The notes under the pieces were generated by a model. The model made no database searches and had not been told where the DNA came from. It saw nothing but the letters and a program-made list of their open reading frames with translations. The position numbers were made by a program, and so were the translations under genes. Below are positions 38,831-51,918 of a stretch of DNA of 64,000 nucleotides, one piece after another (the first letter of the stretch is position 1; each line of letters starts with the position of its first letter). Source of the DNA: Eledone cirrhosa. Taxonomy: Eukaryota. The stretch spans positions 195,486,001 through 195,550,000 of the forward strand of contig OZ024742.1 in the NCBI GenBank assembly GCA_964016885.1, read 5' to 3'.

Positions 38831-40708
38831 CTACCTTTCCGCTTCCCGGGGTTCGGGTTGCACGACTTCCATGGGGTCGGGGGTGTTGGGTGAAGGAGTG
38901 TCTTGTGGTGGTGTGGGGTCGTCGGTGTGTGGTGGGGTTGGGGTGTTTGGAGTTGTGTTGGGGAGGGGAAGGGGAGGGGGAAAGCTTTTTAGTAGGACGC
39001 GGTTTATGGGTTTGACAGAGGGTGGTCCTACGTCCTCCTTAAAATCCTTTTTTAGTTTTTGGTAGAGGTTCATTGGGATTTTTATTAGTTTTAAATGTGG
39101 GTGGTTTTCTGATGAAACAAAGTTTACACCTTCGGTTTGTACCGAAGGATTATTGTATATGAGTTCATTTAATTTATTATTGTTTCTGTTGATGTAAGTA
39201 TAGTGTAATGTCTTTTTTTCCGATGGTGTGAGTGTTTCGAAGAGGGGAGGGGCAGGTTTGGTTTTGTTTGTTGCTGGAGGGGTGTTTTCTGTTTTGTTAG
39301 ATTGTGTTGCGATTTGGGTGGGGGTTGTTTGTCCTTGTGTGTTTTGCACATGTTTTCTTTTTTTCCTTTTAATCTGTCTGAAGGACTCCGTTTCTTCCTC
39401 CGAATTCGTTGGGTTATCTTCAGTGTTGGAGGGAAGAGGTATGTTTGCTGGTAATGTTTCCGTGTTGGTTTTCTTTGTGGGGGAGATGGATGTCACTATG
39501 TTAGACTGTGTTGTGTGTTGTGTCTGCGGTGGTTGTGTTGTTTTATTGAGTGAGAGGTTGGGTGGGCCTGTATTTTGTTTTGGGGTAATGTGTTGTGACT
39601 GTTTGTGTTGTGGTGGTGTTGTGGTGTTACTGAGGGACGGGTTGGGTGGGACTGAGTTTTGTTGTTTGTTTATCTGTTGTGGTGGTGGTGGTGGAGCTGG
39701 TGTTGGTAGCAGGGTTTTCTTTTTGTTGAGTTGGGGACAAGCGGCCTTCAGGTGCCCTCTGCCTGCACAGATATGGCAGGACGGCCTTCTCCCCTCCACG
39801 CTAATGTTTATATACCCGTGGTCCTCTAATAGGATTCTGTCGGGTATTTGGGCGATGCGTTCAGGCTTCATTTGTACTACCAGCTCTATACCTGTTCCAC
39901 TGAACGCATTGCCTGTGGTTTTCCCAATGGAAATCACGTTGTCATTCACTGGATCGATGAAGCCAGCTATGAGCCAGCAGTAGTCCACATCTGGCATCAT
40001 TGCATCCAGCCATATGCGTTGAGTTTTTTTCCCCATATAAGATGGATAAAAGGTGAAATTTTTCGAACGAATCGGTGACAAAGCACATTTTTTTGCCGCC
40101 GATTCGTTCTTCATGATAATTGCTAGGCTTCCATACAGTCTGTCTTTTCTTATGAAAGTTGTTTCATTCAGTACTTCTGCGAGTACTGTTTTGATATCTG
40201 CTTGAGAAGGCTGTTCAGGTTTTTTTGTACTGTTGTTGATGGTCCGAAACTTGACCGTTCGGCTTTCAATGTCTTTCGTGAATTCTTGTGGCATTTTTAC
40301 CAATAAAATACCATTCTCACCTTCACTTATGTATTGTTTTGCGTCCGTGATCCTTCGTACCACATCTGAAATGTTTTCCGCTATATAAGTCAAAGATTTC
40401 TTTGTTTTCTGTGCAAATGAAATCTGGTCGTCTGCTTTGTTTTCTGATATGATGTTATTTTCAACTGTTATTTTTTTGTTTGTTGTGTCTTTGTTTGTGT
40501 TATTAGTATTGTCATGCAATTTTTCAAATTTTTTTTTTTCGTTGTTTTCGTCATTTAATTTTTCCTCCGCAGATTCGTCCGTTTTTATTTTCATTTTTCC
40601 TTCCTTCTCTATGACGTTAGTTGGGAAGGAAGGGAGGACTAAAGCGTGCGAGCTTACAACTCTTACCGCTGTCCCCCCACCACTATTTTCGTTCGCTGCG
40701 TTCAACAT
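38831..40708 (-). CDS. LINE ORF1 protein, 625 aa
   Basis: CHICAGRGHLKAAC knuckle; homologous to copy B ORF1 (YMGKKTQRI, NISVEGRRPSC, VKPINRVLLK). Confidence 0.92.
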   Translation of the reverse strand: MLNAANENSGGGTAVRVVSSHALVLPSFPTNVIEKEGKMKIKTDESAEEKLNDENNEKKKFEKLHDNTNNTNKDTTNKKITVENNIISENKADDQISFAQKTKKSLTYIAENISDVVRRITDAKQYISEGENGILLVKMPQEFTKDIESRTVKFRTINNSTKKPEQPSQADIKTVLAEVLNETTFIRKDRLYGSLAIIMKNESAAKKCALSPIRSKNFTFYPSYMGKKTQRIWLDAMMPDVDYCWLIAGFIDPVNDNVISIGKTTGNAFSGTGIELVVQMKPERIAQIPDRILLEDHGYINISVEGRRPSCHICAGRGHLKAACPQLNKKKTLLPTPAPPPPPQQINKQQNSVPPNPSLSNTTTPPQHKQSQHITPKQNTGPPNLSLNKTTQPPQTQHTTQSNIVTSISPTKKTNTETLPANIPLPSNTEDNPTNSEEETESFRQIKRKKRKHVQNTQGQTTPTQIATQSNKTENTPPATNKTKPAPPLFETLTPSEKKTLHYTYINRNNNKLNELIYNNPSVQTEGVNFVSSENHPHLKLIKIPMNLYQKLKKDFKEDVGPPSVKPINRVLLKSFPPPLPLPNTTPNTPTPPHTDDPTPPQDTPSPNTPDPMEVVQPEPREAER

Positions 40709-40938
40709 TTCTGTTAGACGATTGAAATTTTTTACACAAAATTTTTTAAAACAGGTTTTTCACCTCTAGGAGGGGTAAAGATGAGCTGACCCACCGCCTG
40801 ACAGTTCAGACGGAGGGTCAAGCTACACAATTGTATCAAAATTAAGTTTGAACTCACAAAATTTCCTCAATAAATTTGAACAAAACTTCTGTGCGAAGTG
40901 AATGACATCCACACTGTAGAACAGACGACAGCTAGATT

Positions 40939-41019
<81 letters not shown>

Positions 41020-41021
<2 letters not shown>

Positions 41022-44000
41022 TTCTTTATTTGCCACAAGGGCGCACAAGAAAAGGGGACAATACAAAGACATGCCGGGGATTTTACATACAATCGTGTAA
41101 AAAATATAAAACAAACAAACAATTATAACAATCGAAATCCCCAATAGGGGGGAAGCGCCACAAATGGGTTGTTTAATACCCCATCGATAGAACAACCCTC
41201 AACTTCAGGAGTGTGTTGTGCAAGTGCCCCTTTCTTCCTTTTGCTCTCTTCTTTAACCTAGAGGCTTATAAACAGAGAAGGCCCAATCAACCGGGCCATT
41301 TTTGCCACATTCACCCACCTTTCAGTAAATTTACTGGGGTGCAGTGGCTCTCTCTCCACTCTGATTCTCCTTCTAAAGTGATACTTAAAGAAGGGAATCA
41401 ATTGTTGTCTGGAGAGAACGGCATCTGTCCTCAGTCCTCTCAATCTCGTCCACCATATAACCTCTTTAACCATAGCCACTGTACAGAGGAAAACCGCCTC
41501 TCTTTCGGTTTTGAAAGAAGCTGGCGGTTTGATCCTTACTATGGACTCGTCAGTCAACTGGATTTGTCCCATACGCGACAGCAGTTGTTATAAAGGTCGG
41601 TTACGCCCGGGAAGTGTACAATTGCGTGCAGGACGGTTTCAATGTCCTGCGCGCATTTTGGACACGTCCTCTTGGAAGGTTCCCTGCCTGTAGATCTTCG
41701 ACACGTCCTCTTGTAAGGATCCGTGCCTGTAGATCTTGTCATGAACTGGTAGAGCTCTTCTGAAGCACTGCCAAGCCAGGGACCTCTGGAAGTTGTCCAT
41801 AGATCCCGGGCGGAAAGTCCTACCAAACAGACTGGTGAGCTCATCGTCTTCGACGCCCAGAGTCTCTCCGAGCACGTCGTCGCCCTTGTAACGTACGATC
41901 CCTCTATAGAATGTCGAAGTGGCGTCTCCACTGATTGCTGTACCCGCTTGCCAGAGGACTGTGAGCGCCTGAGCACATTCAATGTGCAAGGCGCCCTTCG
42001 TTTACGGTCTTTTCCTGACTAAGGACTGCAGCTCCGTCAGCGAGACGAGCTGCGGGAAATCCTGTCTCACAAACGGTGCCCACACCGATTGGGGGTCGGT
42101 GAGGAATACCTGGAGATGCCGCAGCCTCAGCGCATGTTTACGCATCATCAGCCACGGCATTCCCAGCCCTCCGTTGGAAGGGTGCTGCCAGCAGACGGAT
42201 CTCCTCACCAGCGGAGCCTGTTTCTTCCACAGAAACTGGAAGAGCATGCGTTCCTTCTTGGCGAGATGTTCACGGGGACAAGGCTCGACAGTCAAGCGAT
42301 AGTAGATGACGGACACTATGAAAGTGTTCTCCACCTCCGCTCGACCTTTCAAGGACAGTTTGCACTCTGCCCACTTCTGGGTGAGCGCAAACACCTTGGC
42401 CGTGACCTCGTTTCAGTTTTTCTCCACCTGGAGGTCTGGACCGAACCAGACCCCGAGCAATTTCACCGGTCCGTCCGTCCAGCGCCCAACGACTCTGTCA
42501 GACGTCATCGGTTTGCTTCTCGACGTACCGAGTTGCAAACCGACAGACTTGTCCGGGTTTAGTTTTTCTCCCGTCAGCGTTTCGTATTCTTTCAGTAAGT
42601 TGCCGATCATCCCGATTTCCGAGGTGCTCGACACCATTACCGTCACGTCGTCGGCATAAGCTGACGCAGTCCCGGTTCTAGAGGGATGCCCTACAACAGC
42701 TCCAATTTCCGCAGTAGTGGCTCTAGAGTCAATAATACAGAACGGAGGAGAGAGGGCATGCCTGTCGAATGGAACGCGTGACTGCGAACGGCTCCGATAG
42801 GTAGATTTTTACTTTGACCCTCGAGCAGATGCTGGTGTGCATCGCCTCGATCCAGAATCTGAAAACGGGACTGAAACCGGCCGTCTTGAGAACCGCTTCC
42901 AAGTATCGATGGTCGACCCTATCGAATGCCTTAGACTGATCCAAATTGATCAGAGCGCCACCGAAGCCGGGTTTAGTACCCACCCTCTCTATGATGTATC
43001 GCATGAGGTGGAGGTTGTCGTGTATGGACCTGGTCGGGATTTAACACGTTTGCGCTTTCCCTACCAGGTTCTCGACGACAAGCGCCAACCTCGTCGCTAG
43101 CACGTTGGCCAAAATCTTTAACTGTGTGTTGAGCAGAGTTATGGGCCTGAAGTTGTTAATTTCGTCCCCCTTGTTCTCGTCTTTCCTGATCAGCGTTACT
43201 ACGCCCTTGCCTGCAGAACTGGGAATTCTCCCGTTCTGCTGCCAATTGCAGTAGACGGCTTCGAGGACGCCAAAGAACAAGTCCGGCATGCCCATGTAAA
43301 ACTCATAGGGTAGACTATCTAGACCGGGGGACTTGCGTTTCCCGCAGCGGCCCAGAGCGTCCCGTATCTCAGTGTCCGTGTTCGAGAGACGCGGCAGGCC
43401 GTCGAGGTATGAACTAAAGTCCATTGCCACGTTCGGTTCACCGTCGTTCTGCTCAAACAGTTGCGCAAAGTGCTGCTGAAAGGCCGCGCACATTTGGTTG
43501 GGGTCAAGTAGCACGCGTCCGTTTTGGTCTTTCAAAGACCGAATCGTAGACTTTTTGCCTCCGCCACTCGGGCCCAGCTGACAGCTTTCGCTTCTTCGTT
43601 TCCTAGAGCACGTGTTTTGCTTCTGACCACGCAGCCTTCATGTTTCGTATCGAAGAACTGGTCCAGTGCCGTTCTCGACGCTAACACTCTAGCCGCGTTG
43701 CCACTTCTAAGTGCCACCTCTACCTTGGCTACTAGTTCTCTTTCTATTTTGTTTTTCTATAAGGCTAACTCTCTGCTAAACCCTAACGATTCTACTCTAA
43801 TTGCCTTCTTGAGAGAGTACCACCTATTGTTGACGATGGCTCCCGTTAACTGTTGCTTGACTAGTCTACTAATGCGTTCACTGTAAGCTTTACGTGCCGG
43901 CAACGACACGTTCAGCTTCCAGTATCCGGGTCCCTGTCTATGTGTTCTATCACGGTTGACTAAGTAGACGACTAATTTGTGATCTGAATAGGCAACCATG

Positions 44001-46201
44001 CGCATTCGTGGACAGCTTAACATCTCCTTGTCCCTTTCTCTAATGAAGAACCTATCTAAATACGATATAGATGTCTGTCCCGCTGCGGTTTGCCCACATC
44101 CACTGTGGTGCATTCGGGAAATCCAGTCAATACCTATCGGCCAGTTGGAATTGGCCGATTAAAGTTTTGAGGCTGTTGCACCTCCCTCTACTGGGACAGG
44201 CTTCCCCATAGTCCCATCGTGCATCTAGGATACCATTCCAGTCCCCCACTAAAAGTAAGGAGCGAGACGTTCCCAGAAAAGACTCTAGACGCTTGAAGAA
44301 GTCTGGCCGCGATTGCCCAGTCGGGACATAAACGGCCACCAGTCTGAAGGCTCCACCTCCAACACTGTTCACGTCTAGGACTACCAGTCGACCCTCCGGG
44401 TCCAAATGTATTTGTTGTATTTCGATGTCCAGGTTTTTCCGAAACATGACAGCTACTTCCCCTCCACCTCCTGGCTGGCAGAGAGATGTAGATCTCAAAG
44501 TCGTCGAAGATGGGGGTCAGCTGCTGTCTGTTGTGGATCCTGGACTCGGTGATGGCTATCACATCTATATCGTGTGACCTAAGGTCGTTTAAGAGTTTGC
44601 CCTGTTTCCAGGGCATCCCTAGACCACGCACATTCACACTTCCAACTCGTAAATCAGCCATGTTGGTGTAGAAGAGTTGGCAAAACAAGGACGAAAGGAT
44701 GCACTTACCTTTCCGTTTCCTGGAGATCGGGTTGTTGGATCTCCTTTTCAGTTTTGGTGGGGGTGTTTCGTGGGGGTGTTGGGGGATGTTGCCAACGTCC
44801 TGTGAAAATTTGTTCTTTAGTTTTTGGTAGGTTTCTACCGGAACCATTATGAGTTTGAGGTGTGGTGCAGTGTCAGATTTTACAAATGTTTTCCCCTTAG
44901 TTTCCACTTTGGGGTCCTGGGAGATGATCTCCATTAAATTTTTATTGTCGATGCATGTATATTGTTGTTTTTGTTTTGGTTGTGTTGTTTTAGTTTGTTG
45001 TTCGTGTGTGAGTTTTCTTTTTTGTGTTTGGAGTGGTGTTGGTGTTTGTTTTGTTGGTAGTGGGAGGTTTGGTTGTGGTGTTGTTTGTGTTGTTGTTTGT
45101 GGTTGTGGTTGTGTGTTGGTGCTGGTGATTGGAGTTTTGGGGGTTTTGCGGTGTCTCTTTTTTGTTTTGTTTTTATTTCTGAGGCTCTTCTTCTTCGCTT
45201 AAAGAAGGAGAAGCAACCTCATCCCTCGTTGAATGAGCATCGTCAGGAGTGTGGGGTAGGGGAATGTTGTGTGGTGATGGTGTTTCGGTGTGTGCGTTTG
45301 TGGTAATGTTTGATGGAGTGGGATGGGGTGTGGTTGTGTTCTTCAGAGGTGTTGTCTGTGATTTTTCTGTTGTTGTTGGTTGAGTGTCTGTTTGTTTTGG
45401 TGTGTTTGATCTTTCGTCTGTTGTTGTACTTGTGGTGGTAGTTGTTTTTGTGGTGGTGTTGGTAATAGTGTTGGTTTTTTTAATGATGTTGTTGTGGTGT
45501 GTTTGTGAAGGACAGGAGGCCTTTAGGTATGTTGTGCTACCACAGCGAAAGCAATGAGGTTTGCGACCCTCAACCGAAATGTTTATCTTGTTGTTGTCGT
45601 CGTTGACGACTTTTTCGGGTATTAGGGGGATTCTCTCCGGCCTCATCTGCATCAGAATCTCCAAATCAGTACCCGCCCACCTTTGTCTAATAGACTTCCG
45701 TATCGAAAGAATAGCCTCAGTCTCTGGCTCCACGAAGCCAGCCAAGATCCACCAGATGTTAATGTTTGGTGGTATATTTTTTATTTTTATTTTTTGTGTC
45801 CTTTTTCCCATGTACGTAGGGAAAAAGGTGAATGCTTTTGACACCATTGGTGTCACAGAATGCCATTTAAACTACGGAAATACTTCCGTACTGTCTTCCT
45901 CGTTGAAGAAAGTCAATATTTTCTAGAGTCTTCTTCAATGTGGCTTCTATGTCTCCTTGACTCATAAATACTGGCTTTCTCATTGTGTTTGAGACAGTCC
46001 TGAAGGTCACTGTCCTTCGAACCGTCTCTTCTTTTATTTCGAGGGGTGAGTTGATTCTAAACCCACCCTTGTCTCCGAAAGTTACAAATTTTCTCCCTTG
46101 CTGGAGCATATCCCTTGCATTAGAGATGTCAAGATTTATAAAATCTTATTTTTTGTTCACTGTTTCAGCGAAAGACATTTTTTTTGTGGTGTTGCTGTTG
46201 C

Positions 46202-46240
<39 letters not shown>

Positions 46241-46782
46241 CATTGTCAGCCTCGGTGTTAGAAATCGCAATTTCTTGAGGTGAAACTTTATCTATAGATG
46301 TATCTATGGAGTTGTTGTTGTTGGCTTTTTCATGTGTATGTATATTAATAGGTTTAATTTCTGTGTTTTCTGTGTTTTCCTGTGTATGTTGTGTGTTATT
46401 TTTCTCCGCTTCGACGGTAGAAATTTTAAAATGTTCAAGTGGCAATATTTTTTTTCTTTGTTGACAGTCGTATCCATGACGACGTCCATAGTGGCAGAAG
46501 CAGATATAACGTTAATATCTGCCTCTCTTCTCTCTGTTAATATCCTTCGGCGTTCTTTCTGAGTCACTCATTTTTTTATGGTCGGCAACATTTGATTTTT
46601 TTTTTTAACAATTTTTAAATTAAATGTTCGCCCCTTTAGGGGCGAAAGATTGGATTAGCACCCAGCTGACAATTCAGCTTGGGGGTTAATCTACAAAATG
46701 ATATGTTTTTTCAAACAATTAGTTCAGTTTTTTGTATAGAAATTTACAAAAAAGCTTACCAGCGATGTTCCACGCGCCAAGC
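41020..46782 (-). mobile_element. Tx1-like LINE copy D, third family, heavily decayed
   Basis: Many fragmented ORFs collinear with copy B (MADLRVGSVNVRGLGMPWKQ, KAFDRVDH, CFRCGSTTYLKASC); same 3' terminus; flanked by (GATA)n. Confidence 0.92.
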
Positions 46783-46812
46783 AGATAGATAGATAGAGAG
46801 ATAGAGAGATAA

Positions 46813-46867
<55 letters not shown>

Positions 46868-46989
46868 TGATCTGCGTGTGTTTAGTTGTGTATACTTCGT
46901 GTGTATGTCAGTGTGTGATTGGATTTGCGCGTGGGGTGTACGTGCCTGTGCATGCGTATATGCGCGTGCACGTGTAGTCGTAGGCGTGT

Positions 46990-46995
46990 GTATGC

Positions 46996-47032
<37 letters not shown>

Positions 47033-47261
47033 TATGTGTGATATATGTGTGTGTATATATATATATGTGTGTGTGTGTGAGTGTGTGCATATATATGTGT
47101 GTGAGTGTGTGTGTGTGTGCGTGTGTGCGTGAATATGGTATGTTCGTGTATGCAATGTCTTGTCATCGTGTCATTAATTCACCATTAATAAAACAACGGG
47201 ATCAACTCTGTGATTTCGTTCAACATCCTGACAAACGTCCATTACTAATTAATTTCTCATC

Positions 47262-47318
<57 letters not shown>

Positions 47319-47745
47319 ACTCACTGACTCACTCACTCTCTCTTTCTCTTTCTCCCTCTTTCTCTCCCTGTGTATATGTATGTGTGTTTATATCTGTATG
47401 TACGTTGGTATGCATGTACACATGTATCCAAACACACATATATATATTTATATGCATACATATGTGTACATACACACAAACATATATACACACATACACA
47501 CACACATACACACACACATACACACACACATATACACACACATACACATACACATACACACACACTTTCACACACACATACACACACACATTCACACACA
47601 CACACACACACACATACACACACACATACACACACACATGCATATTTATATAGACATTTGATAGGAAACAAGCCTGAAATGAAAGCCATTTTAATTTACG
47701 AGGGAAAAACGAAGATAATTTGAGATACAGACAGATAAAGTCAGC

Positions 47746-47817
<72 letters not shown>

Positions 47818-48934
47818 GCGTGCGTGCATGTGTGTGAGAGAGATAGAAAAAGAGAGGATGTGTGTGAGAGAGAGAGAGCGTGTGTACGTATGAGAGAGAG
47901 CGTGTGTACGTGAGAGAGAGTGATAGAGAGAGGAGGTATGTGCGTGTGTGTGTTCGTGTGTGAGAGATAGAAATAAAGAGTACGAGTGTATATGTGTGGG
48001 AGAGAGAGAAAGGGAAAGAAAGAGTGTGGGAGAGAGAGAAAGGGAAAGAAAGAGTGTGTGAGAGAGAGAAAGGGAGAGAAAGAGTGTTGAAGAGAGAGAA
48101 AGGGAAAGAAAGAGTGTGTGAGAGAGAGAAAGGGAAAGAAAGAGTGTGTGAGAGAGAGAAAGGGAGAGAAAGAGTGTGCGTGTGAGAGATACAAAGTGAG
48201 AGAATGAATGCGTGTGTGTGTGTGTGTAATAGAAAGAGAGAAAAAGAGAGTGTGTGAAAGAGAGAGAGAGAGGGGGAGAGAGAGAGAGAGAAAGGGAGGG
48301 GAAGAGTGTGTATGTGTGTGAGGGGTACAAAGATTGAGAAAGGGTGTGTGTGTGTGTGAGAGAGAGAAAGGGAGTGAATGTGATAAGAAAGGGAGATTAC
48401 GTGAGAGACAAGAAGTTTATTAGTAATTAGGAAAGTTTATGACGTCATAAGACCATTGGATCAGTTAGTAACGGTGATTTAATGGGAGACAGGAACATTT
48501 ATGAGATAGAGAAGATACATGAATATATGTCATTGATGGATTAATAGTGTCGCTATGTATGTATGTATGTATGTATATATGTATGTTTGTTTGTATGTAT
48601 GTATGTACGTATGTATGTTTGTTTGTATGTACGTATGTATGTATGTTTGTTTGTTTGTATGTACGTATGTATGTATGTATGTATGTATGTATGTGCGTAT
48701 GTATGTTTGTTTGTATGTACGTATGTATGTATGTATGTACGTATGTATGTATGTACGTATGTATGTATGTACGTATGTATGTATGTATGTATGTATGTTT
48801 CTCTTACTCTTAATTTCCAGTACATTTTTGACCGGCCAACTTCCTGGTGGCAAGGTTGTAAAAAAAAAAGAAATTGTCATCCCTTGAATCGCAAGAATGT
48901 TTTGCAAATTTTGAAGGTGCCAGCAATCGCAGCC

Positions 48935-48965
<31 letters not shown>

Positions 48966-48990
48966 TGTATGTATGTATGTATGTATGTAT
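46990..48990. repeat. Microsatellite field (TA, TG, CT, CA, TATG) with a 30-bp purine-rich minisatellite at about 47995-48180
   Basis: Direct reading; minisatellite unit GAGAGAGAGAAAGGGAAAGAAAGAGTGTGT. Confidence 0.92.
48798..48936 (-). mobile_element. 3' tip of R4/Dong-like family 2, flanked by (TATG)n on both sides
   Basis: Homologous to 49996-50133; encodes AIAGTFKICKTFLRFK. Confidence 0.7.
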
Positions 48991-48999
48991 TTATATATA

Positions 49000-49390
49000 G
49001 GGAGAGATGACCCCTTAGCCATTGTCAAGGCAGAATTCTAGGAGAAGGAAAACCTGCAACTCTGATGGTATCCAATGATGTTGACTTGTTCATCCTTTTG
49101 GTAAATATCATCTTGGTTAAGAGAGTGGGACTGGCTTTGTGCAGTGCCTTTGCTCACGATAAAAGCTTCACGGCACAGGCATCTGGATATCTCTCTGCAC
49201 TTGTCGTCACATGGTACCATGAGCCCAGCACTATGTTTCAGTAATTGTCAGAAGTGTAGTGTTTGTACCAGAGTTTTCAAGTCGCTGGCTGGACTAAAAA
49301 GTCACACTCGTTCAGCGCATCGGTAGGGGTTCTCTTACATGGATATAAAAATAGTGGCCGTACTCAAAAACGAGTTGGCAGCCACCACCA
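49000..49390 (+). pseudogene. RTE-like LINE 3' relic
   Basis: C-terminal zinc finger CSVCTRVFKSLAGLKSHTRSAH followed by a short UTR and (TATG)n. Confidence 0.55.
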
Positions 49391-49404
49391 TGTATGTATG
49401 TATG

Positions 49405-49965
49405 TTCTGGTTTTTATAATTTCACAAATGTTTACCAATAGAGAGAGAGAGAGTCGGTTTCTAACATAGTCACAAGACTCTCTCGTTGGAATTTACACAT
49501 CATCAACTAGGTAGATATGTATGCATGTCTGCATGCATGCATATGTAGATATGAATGTTATTGTATGTGTGGATGTGGATGTTTTGAGTTGTATGTGTGC
49601 ATGTGTATATGCTTAGTATCTGTACATGTATATATGCAGTTATTAGATGCAAAATTTTAGGAATGTTTTACATATTTTTACTGTTCCATTAATGGATTGT
49701 ACTTGTAATTTCCTAACTAGTTGTGTTCTTTCAAGATTTGTATTGAGGCAGTTACTAACATACCCCAGTGCCCCAATAATCACAGGCATAAATCTGAAGG
49801 TATAGTCAGGGTGGAGTATCTGTAGATTTCTCATTAGTTCTGCATAAATATTCTCCTTTTCACTAATCTTTGATATTATATTGGCATCTGCTGGACAGCT
49901 AACTTCCACTACTGTGCATGCTTTCTTCTCCCTGTCCCATATCATAATATCAAGGCTGTTATGCC
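49405..49965 (-). mobile_element. R4/Dong-like non-LTR element family 1, 5'-truncated, restriction-like endonuclease domain
   Basis: DIMIWDREKKACTVVEVSCPAD...EKENIYAEL...PVIIGALG; (TATG)n on both sides. Confidence 0.8.
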
Positions 49966-49995
49966 TGTATGTATCTATGTATGTATGCGCGTAAG

Positions 49996-50342
49996 CTTCT
50001 CTTGCTATTAATTTCAAGTACATTTTTGACCAGCCACCTTCTTGGCGGCAAGGTCGTAAAAGAAAAGAAATTGTTATCACTTGAATCGCAAGAATGTGTT
50101 GCAAATTTTGAAGGTGCCAGCTATCGCAGTCTATGAATTAGGGAGCTGCGCTCTTTATGCACAAATCCAAGTTCAGTTATACTTTGATCCAAGCCGGCTG
50201 GTATATAACCTATAGCTCCAATAATGATGGGTATGAAGCTGAAGGTGTATCTTGGCTACTGGATCTGCAAACTCCTCATCAATGGTCCGTATTTTTCTTA
50301 CAATGTTGACATCAAGTGGACAGCTGATCTCAACAACAGAGA
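49996..50342 (-). mobile_element. R4/Dong-like family 2, 5'-truncated and decayed
   Basis: Minus-strand relics VVEISCPLDVNI, PIIIGAIGYIP, AIAGTFKICNTFLRFK-stop. Confidence 0.7.
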
Positions 50343-50387
50343 TGTATGTGTGTGTGTCTGTATGTGCTTGTCAGAATTTGCTCTTCA

Positions 50388-50925
50388 GCGCTACTGGTAA
50401 CATCTAACCCAGTACAACCTGTGCATGGTCGGGTCGTCGGTGACTAAACTGGCAACCCCACCAAGCTTGCTTGGTGAGGACGGTGAAATTGGACACGCTG
50501 CGGGATGAAAAGCAAAACCCGTCAAAGGGTGGATGAACTCGGCAGAATCAACGGCTATACAATAAAGTTTTTTGTTTTTTTTATTTTTGAGTGAAAGACT
50601 CCGAGTCTTCATTAAGACATCTCACTAGGAGAAGGTCACTCTGATACAAAACCTGCGACTTCGATTGCATCCAATAATGTAGACCAGTTCTTCTTTTGGG
50701 GCAAATGCATCCGATGTTCAGAGAGCGGGATTAGCGCCGTGCAAAGCCTTTTCTCATTTAAAGCAGCTTGTAGCAGAGGCGTCGCTTGACATGTGACATT
50801 TTTTGCGATGCATGACATTGCTGGCTATGGGCAAGTCCTTAGCAGGACTAAAGAGCCACGTCCATGATGCTCATGCTTAAGTATCAAGCGATGGCATTAC
50901 TTAAAATCGAGTTGCAGCCATCATG
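50388..50925 (+). mobile_element. Probable internally deleted RTE-like element (5' region joined to 3' end)
   Basis: 5' part is similar to 60397-60565; 3' part encodes GKSLAGLKSHVH and ends like the relic at 49390. Confidence 0.45.
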
Positions 50926-51045
50926 TATGTATGTATGGATGTGTATGCATGCATGGATGTACGTATGTGTGTGTTTGTGTGCATATATGTGGGTGTGTAT
51001 ACATTCGTGTGACTGGGGCCCTAGATTTGTACACACAGAGACACA

Positions 51046-51392
<347 letters not shown>

Positions 51393-51870
51393 CAGCGGCC
51401 TGTGGTCAACAGAGAGACAATCCACAAGGTGGGCGACAGACAGACGAAATACAGAAAAGATTGAAAGAGAAAGAGGACAGGGAGAAGTGCATTGGCGCAC
51501 AAAAGCGACTGGGAGAAGGAAACAAAGAAAGGCGATGCAGAAGACACGTTTACACACACAGACATCCTCACCCTCATCAGCTCTCACACCACCAAAATGG
51601 TTTCGCACAATTTAATTGAGAGTACCATTTTAAAATGCCAGATCGTGCAACAGAAAAATAAATCTTTCTGTTGGTATGATGTGTGTTGGATAAAACAAAA
51701 ACATCACAGATAGAAGGACGGAAGAAAACAAATAAGATAAAATAATGTGATAGTGGATCTCAAGCCATGGTGTCTGTTCTAGATAGAGAACTAATCATAG
51801 CTATGATTAGCACACCATTCTTTATCTTCACTTTATCAACTCAATGATTCGTAAAAGTCCGAGAGATCGG

Positions 51871-51917
<47 letters not shown>

Positions 51918-51918
<1 letters not shown>

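Larger units (their letters stand above)
35143..40934 (-). mobile_element. Tx1-like LINE copy C, full length, one ORF2 frameshift
   Basis: Intact ORF1; ORF2 in two frames; near-identical to copy A; flanked by (GATA)n. Confidence 0.95.

Noticed and set aside
23442-40934. Copies A and C as an assembly duplication
   Set aside because: They differ by many substitutions and indels, including a divergent ORF1 N-terminal region, and flank a different family (B).
44188-44934. Natural ORF1-ORF2 fusion in copy D
   Set aside because: Follows a deletion after DVGN; the alternative frame reads EIQQPDLQETER-stop, matching copy C, so the fusion is probably decay.
24076-46283. Plus-strand ORFs antisense to the LINEs (for example 25441-26022, 39228-39983)
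   Set aside because: Shadow frames of GC-rich or low-complexity coding sequence; no recognisable protein motifs.
50388-50560. HDV-like ribozyme at an RTE-like 5' end (also 60397-60565)
   Set aside because: Could not build the nested double pseudoknot by eye.
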